64,000 nucleotides of DNA, from NCBI GenBank assembly GCA_036676495.1, contig JAKFCT010000059.1, positions 1 through 64,000 of the forward strand, in the 5' to 3' direction. The position numbers were made by a program, and so were the translations under genes. Source of the stretch: Candidatus Sericytochromatia bacterium (GTDB lineage: Bacteria; Cyanobacteriota; Sericytochromatia; S15B-MN24; UBA4093). The notes beneath the pieces were generated by a model. That model was given only the letters and a program-made list of their open reading frames with translations, was not told where the DNA came from and ran no database searches. Of the stretch, positions 19,683-29,693 are shown piece after piece. Every line of letters starts with the position of its first letter. Positions within the stretch are counted from its first letter, which is position 1.

Positions 19683-19997
19683 ATGTTTGACGTTTCGAGC
19701 CTCGGCACGGCCGGATCCTCGCTGAGCGAGGAAGCCCTCAAGCGTCATCAGCAGTTGCTCCAGGAGCTCCATACGCGGCGGCTTCAGGAGAAGTTGCTCA
19801 AGTCGATCATGGGGGCGGATGCCCTCGAGGACACGGCGGGGCTCGGCTTCTTCATCGACCAGTTGGCCTTGAACGACGTCTCCGCGCTCGAGAAGCGCTG
19901 GTTGAGCACGCTGGAGCGCGAGGCCGGGATTCCGCTCCAGGATTCGGAAGTCTACCAGTCTCTCACCTCGGTCTTGACCCGCTTCAACCGCCCGTAA
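19683..19997 (+). CDS. Hypothetical protein
   Basis: GAGGA RBS, 104-aa ORF with host-like codon usage. Confidence 0.65.
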   Translation: MFDVSSLGTAGSSLSEEALKRHQQLLQELHTRRLQEKLLKSIMGADALEDTAGLGFFIDQLALNDVSALEKRWLSTLEREAGIPLQDSEVYQSLTSVLTRFNRP

Positions 19998-20124
19998 ATC
20001 CGACCTGGCGGAACTCGGCCGCGCCGGTTGCGCGCATCCCACCCGCATGAAAAGAAGGTCCTCCACCGTTTGGTGGAGGACCTTCGGGTCTTGGGGCTCG
20101 GGATCGCGGGATCCCGTCGCCGGG

Positions 20125-21387
20125 TTAGACCTGCTGCTCGGCAGGGGCTGCCTTGGGGATGGTGGTGGTGGCCACCAGTTCCATCTTCTTGCGCAGGTTC
20201 TCGTCGAGCTTGTCCAGGAACTGGGTGGTGGTCAGCCAGGGCTGGTCGGGGCCGATGAGGATGGCGAGGTCCTTGGTCATGAAGCCGGCTTCGACGGTCT
20301 CGACGCAGATGCTCTCCAAGGTGGTGGCGAACTTGGCGACCTCGGGGGTGCCGTCGAACTGGGCGCGGTAGTAGAGGCCACGGGTCCAGGCGAAGATGGA
20401 GGCGATCGGGTTGGTCGACGTCTCCTTGCCCTGCTGGTGCTGGCGGTAGTGACGGGTGACCGTGCCGTGGGCGGCCTCGGCTTCGACGGTCTTGCCGTCG
20501 GGGCTCAAGAGGACCGAGGTCATCAGGCCGAGCGAGCCGAAGCCCTGGGCCACGGTATCGGACTGGACGTCGCCGTCGTAGTTCTTGCAGGCCCAGACGA
20601 AACCGCCCGACCACTTGAGGGCCGCGGCGACCATGTCGTCGATCAGGCGGTGCTCGTAGGAGATGCCGGCGGCCTCGAACTTGGCCTTGAACTCGGTGTC
20701 GTAGATCTCCTGGAAGAGATCCTTGAAGCGGCCGTCATAGGCCTTGAGGATGGTGTTCTTGGTGGAGAGGTAGACCGGCCAGCCCTTCGAGAGACCGTAG
20801 TTCATGCAGGAGCGGGCGAAGCCGCGGATGGACTCGTCGAGGTTGTACATGCCCATGGCGACGCCGGCGCCGGGGAAGTTGAAGACCTCGTACTCGGTGA
20901 CCTGACCGTCGGCGCCCTCGAACTTCATCGTGAGCTTGCCGGGACCGGGCACGACGAAGTCGGTGGCGCGGTACTGGTCTCCGAAGGCGTGACGGCCGAT
21001 GACGATGGGCTGGGTCCAGCCGGGCACCAGGCGGGGCACGTTCTTGCAGATGATGGGCTCCCGGAAGACGGTGCCGTCGAGGATGTTGCGGATGGTGCCG
21101 TTGGGCGACTTCCACATCTTCTTGAGGTTGAATTCCTTGACGCGGGCTTCGTCGGGGGTGATGGTGGCGCACTTGACGCCGACGCCGTACTTCTTGATGG
21201 CTTCGGCGGCCTCGACGGTGATTTTGTCGTCGGTCTGGTCGCGGGACTCGATGCCGAGGTCGTAGTACTTGAGATCGATGTCGAGGTAAGGCAGGATCAA
21301 CTTTTCCTTGATGAACTGCCAAATGATGCGCGTCATCTCATCGCCGTCGAGTTCGACGATGGGATTGACCACCTTGATCTTCTGCAT
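20125..21387 (-). CDS. icd: NADP-dependent isocitrate dehydrogenase
   Basis: [54 protein letters not shown]. Confidence 0.97.
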   Translation of the reverse strand: MQKIKVVNPIVELDGDEMTRIIWQFIKEKLILPYLDIDLKYYDLGIESRDQTDDKITVEAAEAIKKYGVGVKCATITPDEARVKEFNLKKMWKSPNGTIRNILDGTVFREPIICKNVPRLVPGWTQPIVIGRHAFGDQYRATDFVVPGPGKLTMKFEGADGQVTEYEVFNFPGAGVAMGMYNLDESIRGFARSCMNYGLSKGWPVYLSTKNTILKAYDGRFKDLFQEIYDTEFKAKFEAAGISYEHRLIDDMVAAALKWSGGFVWACKNYDGDVQSDTVAQGFGSLGLMTSVLLSPDGKTVEAEAAHGTVTRHYRQHQQGKETSTNPIASIFAWTRGLYYRAQFDGTPEVAKFATTLESICVETVEAGFMTKDLAILIGPDQPWLTTTQFLDKLDENLRKKMELVATTTIPKAAPAEQQV

Positions 21388-21726
21388 AGGTGCTTCTCCC
21401 TTTGATGGACACGGAACAGCATGACGCGTTGCATGCGGTCGTCTGCTCTGCGGATCGTACCATGTTCACGCTATCGCGCGGGGCTCCCGGCGTCAACCTG
21501 GCAATATACGTTAGTTTTCTCCGAAGAATCCGGCATGAGACGGGGGTTTTCCGGCCGCCCTGGCCGGCCGGGGAGCGAGCGGCGAAGTTCCCCTCTTTAC
21601 ATCTGTTCACGGGGGTGCTATCGTAATAGTGACATAAGCCCTGAGCCTGAAATCAGTGGCCAAGAGGTGATTGTTAAATGGCGAGTCGGCGTTTTAACAA
21701 CGCGGACCGTTTTTTTTTGGAGACGA

Positions 21727-21945
21727 ATGAAAGAAGAGACGATTGAAGTCGAGGGCATTGTCCAAGAGGCGCTCTCGAACGGCATGTTTCGCGTGTTGCT
21801 CGACAATAACGTGGTTGTCTTGGGTCACTTGGCCGGAAAGATGCGGAAGTTCCGCATCAAGGTCCTTCAGGGAGACCGCGTCAAGATTGAGCTCTCCCCC
21901 TATGACCTCACGCGAGGTCGCATTAGCTTCCGTAAACGGGCCTAG
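21727..21945 (+). CDS. infA: Translation initiation factor IF-1
   Basis: [25 protein letters not shown]....[18 protein letters not shown]. Confidence 0.95.
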   Translation: MKEETIEVEGIVQEALSNGMFRVLLDNNVVVLGHLAGKMRKFRIKVLQGDRVKIELSPYDLTRGRISFRKRA

Positions 21946-21991
21946 GCCCGGTGTTCTCAACCCCTGAATCAGAGGAGATTTCGACTTGACC

Positions 21992-22300
21992 ATGTTTACC
22001 GAACAGACGCTGACCTGTGTCGACTGCGGGACCCAGTTCCCCTTCACGGCTTCCGAGCAGGAGTTCTTCGCGGAGAAGGGTTTCACCAACCCCCCGCGTC
22101 GTTGCAAGCCTTGCCGGATCGAGGCCAAGGCCAACCGTGGCGGCTCCGGCTTCGGCGGCGGTCGTAGCTCGGGCGGTTTCGGCAGCTCGGCCCGCGAGAT
22201 GCACGACGTCACCTGCAGCTCCTGCGGCACGGCGACCCAGGTCCCCTTCAAGCCCAACGGCATGAAGCCTGTCTACTGCCGCGATTGCTTCCGGAAGTAA
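21992..22300 (+). CDS. Zinc-ribbon protein with CxxC-x17-CxxC domain
   Basis: GAGGAG RBS; LTCVDCG..F.FTASEQEFF.EKGF...PRRCKPC, Gly-rich linker, CSSCG...VPFKP...KPVYCRDCF. Confidence 0.9.
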   Translation: MFTEQTLTCVDCGTQFPFTASEQEFFAEKGFTNPPRRCKPCRIEAKANRGGSGFGGGRSSGGFGSSAREMHDVTCSSCGTATQVPFKPNGMKPVYCRDCFRK

Positions 22301-22302
22301 CG

Positions 22303-22599
22303 ATGGGAAAAAACAATACCAAGGCCGAGAAGGCCAAGCGGAACCAAGCCTACGCGGCGCTGCACAAGAAGAAGTCCTCTTCTGCCCGGCGTTTCGGTCG
22401 TCCGGCTCCGAGCCCCGCTTCCGCTCCGGCGGGCGGGCCCAGCGCCGGTCCCTCCGGGATGACCAGCACGATGGCGCCCCGGACCATGTATCCGGCCATC
22501 TGCAGCAGCTGCGGCGTGGAGACCACGGTTCCCTTCGAACCCATCTCGGGCAAGCCGGTCCAGTGCCGCGCCTGCTTCCAGCCCAAGCCGCGGATCTAG
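22303..22599 (+). CDS. CxxC-x17-CxxC domain protein with basic N-terminus
   Basis: CSSCGVETTVPFEPISGKPVQCRACF; 2 bp after previous stop. Confidence 0.8.
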   Translation: MGKNNTKAEKAKRNQAYAALHKKKSSSARRFGRPAPSPASAPAGGPSAGPSGMTSTMAPRTMYPAICSSCGVETTVPFEPISGKPVQCRACFQPKPRI

Positions 22600-22600
22600 G

Positions 22601-22834
22601 GTGGCAACGTCGATGAAGGGCCGCGCCAAAGTTCTGGACCCGTTCAAGGACAATTTGTATCGTCGCGAACAGGATCCCGAGACCGGTGAGAAGTTCTTGG
22701 AAAAGAGCTGCCCCAAATGCTCCAAAAAAGCAGGGACGACGGTCTTTTATCCCGAAACCGCATTCGGCGAGCAAATCGCAGCGAACGGCCAAGTCAAGCC
22801 GCAGCGCGATTGCCAGATGCACCGCAAGCGCTAG
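22601..22834 (+). CDS. Small hypothetical putative Zn-binding protein
   Basis: CPKC and CQMH motifs, abuts previous stop, followed by terminator. Confidence 0.6.
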   Translation: MATSMKGRAKVLDPFKDNLYRREQDPETGEKFLEKSCPKCSKKAGTTVFYPETAFGEQIAANGQVKPQRDCQMHRKR

Positions 22835-22867
22835 CTGCGTCTCATCTCCCGCTCGCGGAATCCGCTT

Positions 22868-22902
22868 CCGTCGTGATGCTCCGGCATCACGACGGTTTTT
22901 TT
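22868..22902 (+). terminator. Intrinsic terminator of infA operon
   Basis: CCGTCGTGATGC-TCCG-GCATCACGACGG then T-run. Confidence 0.85.
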
Positions 22903-22912
22903 ACGCGGATTC

Positions 22913-23491
22913 CTAGCCCCGAGAGGCCGCCTGCGACTCGGTCTCGGCAAGCTTGGAGGCTTCCTGCGGCGCCGCCTGCACGATCTCGAGGTCGAGTTCC
23001 AGCTTCACCTTGTCGTCCACCAGGACTCCGCCCGCCTCGAGGGCCTGGTTCCAGGTGAGCTCGAAATCCTTCCGGTTCAAGTTCCCGCTCATGCTCACCC
23101 CGCGCCGCGTGTTCCCCCAGGGATCCTTGGCCGGAGCGGTCAGTTCGCCCTCGAGCGTGATTTCCTTCGTGACGCCATGCATCGTGAGATCGCCCGTCAC
23201 GCGGAACTGCCCTTCGCCCTTCGCTTCGACCCGGCGGCTCTCGAAGCGGATCGTCGGATGGGTGCCCGAATCGAAGAAGTCGCCGCTGCGGAGATGGCCG
23301 TCGCGCTCGGCGTTACCGGTATCGATGCTCGCGACCTTGACGCTGCCGGTCGCGCGCGAGCGCGTCGGGTCCTGCTCGTCGAGGTCCACCGTTCCCTCGA
23401 AGTCCGTGAACTCGCCGCGGACCGTCGAGATCATCATGTGTCGGATCGCGAATCCCACGCGGCTGTGGGCGGGATCGATCGTCCAGGGCAT
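22913..23491 (-). CDS. YceI family lipid/polyisoprenoid-binding protein
   Basis: WTIDPAHS, SIDTG...RDGHLRSGDFF, GDLTMHGVTK, DPWG. Confidence 0.93.
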   Translation of the reverse strand: MPWTIDPAHSRVGFAIRHMMISTVRGEFTDFEGTVDLDEQDPTRSRATGSVKVASIDTGNAERDGHLRSGDFFDSGTHPTIRFESRRVEAKGEGQFRVTGDLTMHGVTKEITLEGELTAPAKDPWGNTRRGVSMSGNLNRKDFELTWNQALEAGGVLVDDKVKLELDLEIVQAAPQEASKLAETESQAASRG

Positions 23492-23507
23492 GGTAGGCTC
23501 CTTTCCC

Positions 23508-24137
23508 CTAGGGCGCCGTCGGGCGCTCTGCGTCTTCCGGATAGAACGTCACGGGCATGGCGGGTCGGAGGCGGAGCTTGAGTTCCGCGACCAGCGCGTC
23601 GGCGAGGTCCTGGACCTGCTTGGCGGTGTGCGAGGAAACCAGCGCGCCGTCCGGGTTGAAGGCGGAGTCGGCCTTGGCCAGGGTGACCTGAGCGGGCAGT
23701 AGCCAGACATTCAGGGCCGTGAGGACTTGCCGGAGATGCGGCAGCATCCGCATGCCCCCCGCTCCTCCCGGGGAGGCGGCCATCAACGCGGCCACCTTTT
23801 CTCCGAAGACGTCCTCCTCGCCGCGCGAGGCCCAGTCGATGGCATTCTTGAAGGTGCCCGGGATCGAGTAGTTGTACTCGGGAGATGCGAACATGAAGCC
23901 GTCCGCCAGTCCCAGCCGGCGCTTGAACTCGACGGCTCCCGGCGGCAGGCCGGTCTCGTTTTCCAGATCCCCGTCATAGAGGGGCATTGCCACGTCCCTG
24001 AGCTCCAGCAGGTCGACCTCGGCTCCGGCGTGGCGCAGCGCCTCCGCCCCGACCCGGATCAACTGCTTGTTGTAGGAGTCCTTGCGAAGGCTGCCGGCCA
24101 TGGCCAGGACTCTGGGGGCTCGCTCCGACGCGTCCAT
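23508..24137 (-). CDS. NADPH-dependent FMN reductase (ChrR/SsuE-like)
   Basis: GSLRKDSYN, SPEYNYSIPGTFKNAIDWASR, ASPGGAGG. Confidence 0.92.
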   Translation of the reverse strand: MDASERAPRVLAMAGSLRKDSYNKQLIRVGAEALRHAGAEVDLLELRDVAMPLYDGDLENETGLPPGAVEFKRRLGLADGFMFASPEYNYSIPGTFKNAIDWASRGEEDVFGEKVAALMAASPGGAGGMRMLPHLRQVLTALNVWLLPAQVTLAKADSAFNPDGALVSSHTAKQVQDLADALVAELKLRLRPAMPVTFYPEDAERPTAP

Positions 24138-24403
24138 CTCACTCTCCGATCCGCTGTACCCGATCCGCCGGGGCATGGCGCTTGCAACCGGATCCAGGCC
24201 CCGGGCCCATGGGATGCGTGTGGCGCCCTCAGTCTAGGATCGCGCGGGGCGCATGTAAACAATTGTCGGGCCGTTCGGGCGTTCCCGGCGAGCGGCGAGC
24301 GTGCCGCCCGGGATCCGGCCTCCGCTGAGCGCGATCGGGGCCCGGAGCGCGAAACGCCCCCGGCGGGCGGGGGCGTTTCGGGGTGAGAGTGGAGGAGTCC
24401 GGG

Positions 24404-25168
24404 TTACGGAGCGGTGTAGCCGCCGTCGGCGAGGTGGTAACTGCCGGTGATGAAGGAGGCCTGGTCGGAGGCCAGGAAGCAGATGAGGTTGGCGACCTCC
24501 TCGGCTTTGCCGAGGCGCTTCATGGCGTGCAGGGAGGCGATCGCGGCCTTCATCTCCTCGACGGCGGCGAGCAGGGGGGTTTCGATGAAGCCGGGGCCGA
24601 CGGAGTTGACTCGGATGCCCTGGGTGGCGTACTCGAGCGCGGCGGACTTGGTCAGGCCGACCACGCCGTGCTTGGCGGCCACGTAGCCCGGGCTGCCGGC
24701 GAAGCCCACGGAGCCCAGGATCGACGCGACGTTGACGATGGCACCGCCTCCTCGCTCGAGCATGGCGGGGATCTCGTAGCGCATGCAGTAGAAGACGCTG
24801 CTCAGGTTGACGGCGATGACCTTGTTCCAGCCTTCCAGCGATTGCTGGCCGGTGGGGTTGTTCTCGCCTCCGATGCCGGCGTTGTTGACGGCGATGTCCA
24901 GGCCGCCGAATTGCTCCTTGGCGAAGGCGACCATGGCTTCCACCGAGGCGGCATCCGCCACGTCGACCTTCACGGCTGCCGCCTGTCCGCCTGCCTCGCG
25001 AACCGACGCGGCCAACTTCTCGCCGGCTTCGAGGTTGAGGTCGGCCACCACGACCTTGGCGCCGCCCGCCGCGAAGCAGCGAACACACGCTTCGCCGATG
25101 CCCGACGCGCCACCGGTGACCAGGGCTACTTTGCCTTCGAACGAGGCCTGGAATTTTCCGTCGCTCAC
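24404..25168 (-). CDS. Short-chain dehydrogenase/reductase
   Basis: TGGASGIG, NNAG, YxxxK (YVAAK), PGFIETP, DGG. Confidence 0.93.
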   Translation of the reverse strand: MSDGKFQASFEGKVALVTGGASGIGEACVRCFAAGGAKVVVADLNLEAGEKLAASVREAGGQAAAVKVDVADAASVEAMVAFAKEQFGGLDIAVNNAGIGGENNPTGQQSLEGWNKVIAVNLSSVFYCMRYEIPAMLERGGGAIVNVASILGSVGFAGSPGYVAAKHGVVGLTKSAALEYATQGIRVNSVGPGFIETPLLAAVEEMKAAIASLHAMKRLGKAEEVANLICFLASDQASFITGSYHLADGGYTAP

Positions 25169-25406
25169 GGTTCCCTCCTTGAGGTGAATCCCCGGGGTTC
25201 TCGCCCCCATTGCGATGATCCCCGGGGAAGGCCGGCGCTGGGTTTCCCCGTAGTGACCGGTCATGTTCATCGTTGCAGGGCTCGCCTCGCCATGGAGGCC
25301 GGTCTCGGTGAGGGGGAGCTGCCGCTTCCGCCTTCCGTCCCGAGGATACCCCGTCGGGGTACGCCTGTCTTCGGCAGTTTCTACCGGGGGTGACCGCGGG
25401 GAGGCG

Positions 25407-25862
25407 CTAGCTGCGGGGAGGGAACCGCTTGCGCCGGAGCAACTGATCCAGGGCGTTGGCGAAGGAGGCCCGATCCTTCTGGCTGAAGGCCTTGGGGCCT
25501 CCGAGTTCGAGCCCTTGCTCGCGCAGGGAGTTCATCAGGGTCCAGCGCGCCTTCGCCTCGCCGATGGTGGAGGCGTCGAAGATCTCTCCGCGATGCCCCA
25601 GCGCCACGCTCCCCTTGGCCACGATGGCGGCGGCCAGGGGGATGTCCGCCGTGATGACGAGGTCCTCCGGGGCGACCGCGTCGATGATCCAGCGATCCGC
25701 TTGGTCGGGCCCCTCCGTGACGATGACGGGAGTGACCCCGGGTTCGTTCCCGAAGGCCATCGGGCGGTTGCTCACCAGGATCATGGGCAGCTCGAGCCTT
25801 GCGGCCGCACGCTGGATCAGGTCCTTGACGGGGCATGCGTCGCCATCGACGAGCAGGCGCAT
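25407..25862 (-). CDS. YaiI/YqxD (DUF188) family protein
   Basis: VDGDACPVK, DQAD, VITADIPLAA. Confidence 0.9.
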   Translation of the reverse strand: MRLLVDGDACPVKDLIQRAAARLELPMILVSNRPMAFGNEPGVTPVIVTEGPDQADRWIIDAVAPEDLVITADIPLAAAIVAKGSVALGHRGEIFDASTIGEAKARWTLMNSLREQGLELGGPKAFSQKDRASFANALDQLLRRKRFPPRS

Positions 25863-25869
25863 GGGGGGG

Positions 25870-27012
25870 CTAGCTTTGCGGCGAGGCGCGATGCACCTTG
25901 CCATGCGCGATCTCGATCCGCTCGAAGGGGATGCCCAGGGCCTTTGCGAACTTGTCGATGACGAAGCGCTCGCGCTCGGTGACCACGGAGACGACGGTTC
26001 CGGGTTGTCCGCTGCGGCCGGTGCGTCCCGCCCGGTGGAGGTAGTGATCTCCGTCGGTGGGCAGGTCCAGGTTGAAGACATGGGTGAGGCCGGGGATGTC
26101 CAGGCCCCGGGCGGCGACTTCCGTGGCCAGCAGCAGCTGGATCTTGCCGTCACGGAAGTCCTTGAGCACGGCGGAGCGCTCCAGCTTGTGCGCGCCTCCC
26201 TGCAAGGCCGCCACGCGCAGCCCCTTGAAACTCAGTTTGCTGATCAGCTCGTCCATGCGGCGCGCGTCGTTGACGAAGGCGAGGGCCGCCTTCGGCTGGT
26301 AGGCATGGAGCAGGCGGCGAAGGGTATCGAGCTTGTCGCGCTCCTCGACGACGACGACGCCATGCGTGATGCCGGTGGGAAGCTTCAGGGGGCCTTCGGC
26401 GCGCAGGTGCAGGGGGTCGTTCATCCACCGCCGGGCGACGTCCTGCACCTCGGCGGGGATGGTGGCCGAGGCGAAGATGGTCTGGCGGGAGCGGGGGATG
26501 GCCTTCAGGATCCGGATCACCTCGTTGCGGAAGGTCGGGTCCAGCAGCTGGTCGACCTCGTCGATCACGACCATGCGGGCGAACTGGGCCTTGAGCTTCC
26601 CCGAGGAGATGAGCTCGGCGAGTCGTCCCGGGGTTCCCACGACGATCGGGGGCTTCTTCTTGAGGCGCTCGATCTGGTGGCGGATGTTCGCTCCTCCGAT
26701 GAGCTGCTGGGCGAAGAGCGGGCCGCCTTCGGTGAGCTCGCGGATCACGGAGACGATCTGCATGCTGAGCTCGTGGGTGGGGGCGATGATGATGGCCTGA
26801 AGGTCCTTGCGCTCGGGGTCGAGGCGGCTGAGCACGGGAAGCAAGTAAGCGAGCGTCTTTCCGGTGCCGGTCTGGGCCTGGAGGATGGCGTCCTTGCCCT
26901 CGAGGAGCGGGGGGATGGCGGCGGATTGGATCTCGGTGGGCTCGGTGATGCCCATCGGGGCGAGCTTAGATAGGAGGTCGGGGGCGATCGCGAGGGTTTC
27001 GAACGTGGACAC
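25870..27012 (-). CDS. DEAD/DEAH-box RNA helicase
   Basis: Q motif PTEIQ, AQTGTGKT, PTHEL, TPGR, DEVD, SAT, ARGLD, HRAGRTGR. Confidence 0.93.
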   Translation of the reverse strand: MSTFETLAIAPDLLSKLAPMGITEPTEIQSAAIPPLLEGKDAILQAQTGTGKTLAYLLPVLSRLDPERKDLQAIIIAPTHELSMQIVSVIRELTEGGPLFAQQLIGGANIRHQIERLKKKPPIVVGTPGRLAELISSGKLKAQFARMVVIDEVDQLLDPTFRNEVIRILKAIPRSRQTIFASATIPAEVQDVARRWMNDPLHLRAEGPLKLPTGITHGVVVVEERDKLDTLRRLLHAYQPKAALAFVNDARRMDELISKLSFKGLRVAALQGGAHKLERSAVLKDFRDGKIQLLLATEVAARGLDIPGLTHVFNLDLPTDGDHYLHRAGRTGRSGQPGTVVSVVTERERFVIDKFAKALGIPFERIEIAHGKVHRASPQS

Positions 27013-27200
27013 GGCAAGCCTTTCAACATGAGGGGACGTCTGATCCTACCGTGTCCCGATCATGAAGTCGACTCCTCCGGCGATTTCCGTGGTGCCAGGC
27101 GCGCAGTTTCGCTGCGACGCCTGAACGCGTGTTGTCCCCGCCCGGTCCCCCCTCTATGATGCTGCCTGGAAGACCGGGGTGAAACCTGAGGAGAGTGACG

Positions 27201-27770
27201 ATGAGTTGGGCGAATCAACCGGGTCCCGACGGCCGGCCCAAGGGGTGGTGGGTCAAGACGGTGCTGGCGGGGCTCATCGGCGGGGCGGCGATGATGCTCT
27301 TCCTGATGGCCACGTACGCCGCCTACGGGCTTGGCGCGTGGTTCCCGCCCAACGGGATCGCCACGGTGCTTCCGTTCTTCCGCCCGCTTCCCGGCGAGCT
27401 TCCCGCCGGCAGCTTCGTGGCGGCCCAGAGCCTGACCGGCTTGCTGATTCACGCCCTCCTGAGCGCGGGGCTGGGCGTGGTCTTCGGCGCCTTCGTCGAG
27501 GCCTTCATGGCGCCGCAAGCCCGCAAGTGGCTGTGGCAGGCCCTGGCCGGCTTCGTCTACGCGACGTTGGTCTGGATGTTCTTCGGGTTCGGAGGGGTCT
27601 ACCTGGCGGGCTTGCAACAGGTCTTCGGCACGGCGACCTTCTTCTTCGGGCACCTGGTCTTCGGGGTGGTCCTCGGCATCAGCCTCGCGCTGATGACGAC
27701 CGCCCGCGACATGCGGATCACCTTCGCCCCGGAAGAGCAGCCGGTCGTCGAACCGGCGCAGCGCCGCTAA
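27201..27770 (+). CDS. Integral membrane hypothetical protein
   Basis: GAGGAG RBS; four hydrophobic helices, two intramembrane His (LLIH, GHLVFG). Confidence 0.75.
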   Translation: MSWANQPGPDGRPKGWWVKTVLAGLIGGAAMMLFLMATYAAYGLGAWFPPNGIATVLPFFRPLPGELPAGSFVAAQSLTGLLIHALLSAGLGVVFGAFVEAFMAPQARKWLWQALAGFVYATLVWMFFGFGGVYLAGLQQVFGTATFFFGHLVFGVVLGISLALMTTARDMRITFAPEEQPVVEPAQRR

Positions 27771-28126
27771 CGCCCGCGGGGAGGATACTCTCCGGGGTGC
27801 AAGGCGTCCGGGAGGGTGCCGGCCCAGCCGAAAACTTGGAGATCGACGCGATCCTCGGCATCGAAGGCGACTCCTTCCTGCTCCAGGAGGTGCCGCTGCT
27901 GATCGGTCTCGCCGGGGTGCCGCGCCTTGAGGCTGATCCGACCTTGCGCGTTGATGACGCGGTGCCAGGGGACGTCCGTTCCGTCGGGCAGGGCCCGCAG
28001 CGCATAGCCGACGGCCCGGGAGGCCATGGGGCGACCGAGCATGGCGGCCAGCGTCCCGTAGGTGGTCACCCGGCCCGGCGGGATCATGCAGGTGGCACGG
28101 TAAACCGCGTCGTAGAACTGGGACAT
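27767..28126 (-). CDS. Alkyltransferase-like (ATL/YbaZ) protein, MGMT family
   Basis: IPPGRVTTYG, RAVG, PWHRVINAQG (Trp instead of the catalytic Cys of PCHRV). Confidence 0.9.
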   Translation of the reverse strand: MSQFYDAVYRATCMIPPGRVTTYGTLAAMLGRPMASRAVGYALRALPDGTDVPWHRVINAQGRISLKARHPGETDQQRHLLEQEGVAFDAEDRVDLQVFGWAGTLPDALHPGEYPPRGR

Positions 28127-28282
28127 CGGGCCTCCTCAATGCCGTGCGCGACTGCTCCCATCATACCCCGCGATCGCGCGGGCGCCGCGGCTTGACGGGC
28201 CAATCGGCCCCATGGTTGCCTGGAAGCCATGAGACGCTGCGACGGGTTTGGCGCTCGCGCAATCGAAAGAAAGGTTTGACGG

Positions 28283-29068
28283 ATGCAGCCCTTGTTCGAG
28301 GAGACCAAGGCCCAGGTGGCCCGCTGGGCGGAGGATCCGGACGTGCTGGGGATCCTGAGGGTCGGATCCAAGAGCCGCGGTCACGGAGACGCGCTCTCGG
28401 ACGATGACCTGGAGGTCGTCTTGAGCGACGCGGCCCATGCGCGGCTGCACCCGAGCGATTGTTCTGTGATCCGGGTGGCGGAGGACGGTTCGCCTCGCCG
28501 GTTGATTTACGATGCCTACCTCACCTCGCTCGCGGATCTCGAGAGCAAGGCCGGCTCCCCGCGGGATCTCGACCATTGGCCGTACGAGGGGGACGGGATC
28601 CTCTTCGATCGCGACGGGAGGGTGGGGCGGGCCGTGAAGGCGGCGGGGGCCATGTCCTCGGAGTTCCGGGCGGCACGCCTTCAGCATGCGTACGTGGACG
28701 TCTACCTAGCGGCAAGCCGCGCCGAGAAGTGCCTGACGCGCGGCTTCGACGCGGCGGCCACGCTCATCGTGGCGCGCGGCGTCAAAGCCCTCTCCCGGTT
28801 GCTCTTCGCGCTCGAGGGGCGCTGGGTCCCCTTGGATCACTGGTTGGAGCCGGAGCTAAAGACCTTGGAAGACGCGTCGGGCTCGGGCCCGCTGCTGCTC
28901 GAGGCCTTGCGGACGTCGCGGCCCGACGCCCTCCGCGAGGCGATGGCACGGCTCGCGGAGCCGTTGCAGCGGGAAGGATTGCCCCCACGCTCCGAGTTCA
29001 CCGCGTTCTTCCTCGCGATCATTCATCCGTCGCGGGCCGCGGAGCGGTTGATTCATGGCTTGACCTAG
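28283..29068 (+). CDS. Pol-beta-type nucleotidyltransferase domain protein
   Basis: GSxxRG...SDxD motif, ILFDRDG linker, helical C-terminus. Confidence 0.7.
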   Translation: MQPLFEETKAQVARWAEDPDVLGILRVGSKSRGHGDALSDDDLEVVLSDAAHARLHPSDCSVIRVAEDGSPRRLIYDAYLTSLADLESKAGSPRDLDHWPYEGDGILFDRDGRVGRAVKAAGAMSSEFRAARLQHAYVDVYLAASRAEKCLTRGFDAAATLIVARGVKALSRLLFALEGRWVPLDHWLEPELKTLEDASGSGPLLLEALRTSRPDALREAMARLAEPLQREGLPPRSEFTAFFLAIIHPSRAAERLIHGLT

Positions 29069-29072
29069 CGGA

Positions 29073-29534
29073 TTAGAGGTCGCCGAGGACCTTCTCGGCG
29101 TGTCCGTTGACCTTCACGCTGCGGTAGGCCTTGGCGAGCGTGCCGTCCGGGTGGATGACGAAGGTGGAGCGGATGATGCCCATGGACGTCTTGCCGTAGA
29201 GCTTCTTCTCGCCCCAGGCGCCGTAGGCGGTCAGCATGACCTTTTCCGGGTCGCTGAGCAGGGGGAAGTTGAGGCTGTGCTTGGCCTGGAACTTGCGGTG
29301 ACTGTCCAGACTGTCGGCGCTCACGCCCAGGATGAGGGCGTCGGCGGCGGGGAGGCGATCGCGGAAGTCGCAGGCCTCGGTGGTGCAGCCCGGGGTGTTG
29401 TCCCGGGGGTAGGCGAAGAGGACGATGGGCTTGCCGGCCTCGAGCAGCTCGGAGAGGCGGTATTCCTTTTCGACGCCTTGGGCGTCGATGCCCGTGAGGC
29501 AGAAGTCGGGGGCGGGAGTTCCGGGCGCGATCAT
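29073..29534 (-). CDS. bcp: Peroxiredoxin Q/BCP
   Basis: YPRDNTPGCTTEACDFRD, FPLLSD, RSTF. Confidence 0.93.
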   Translation of the reverse strand: MIAPGTPAPDFCLTGIDAQGVEKEYRLSELLEAGKPIVLFAYPRDNTPGCTTEACDFRDRLPAADALILGVSADSLDSHRKFQAKHSLNFPLLSDPEKVMLTAYGAWGEKKLYGKTSMGIIRSTFVIHPDGTLAKAYRSVKVNGHAEKVLGDL

Positions 29535-29623
29535 GGGGAAATCTCCTGAGAAACTACGGTAGGGGACAGCCGTTCCCTCAAGTATAATCGCCGAGGGTCA
29601 GGCGTGATGGGCTTGACAAGGGT

Positions 29624-29638
29624 TTAGAACTATTCTAA
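29624..29638. promoter_or_regulatory. Putative PerR-type operator in the bcp/ccp divergent promoter
   Basis: 7-1-7 near-palindrome TTAGAACTATTCTAA just after TTGACA (29613-29618). Confidence 0.7.
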
Positions 29639-29693
29639 AACTAGTTGTGCTTGATTGTCTAGGGCGCTCAGTATCCGCCCCCGTGGAGGCCGC

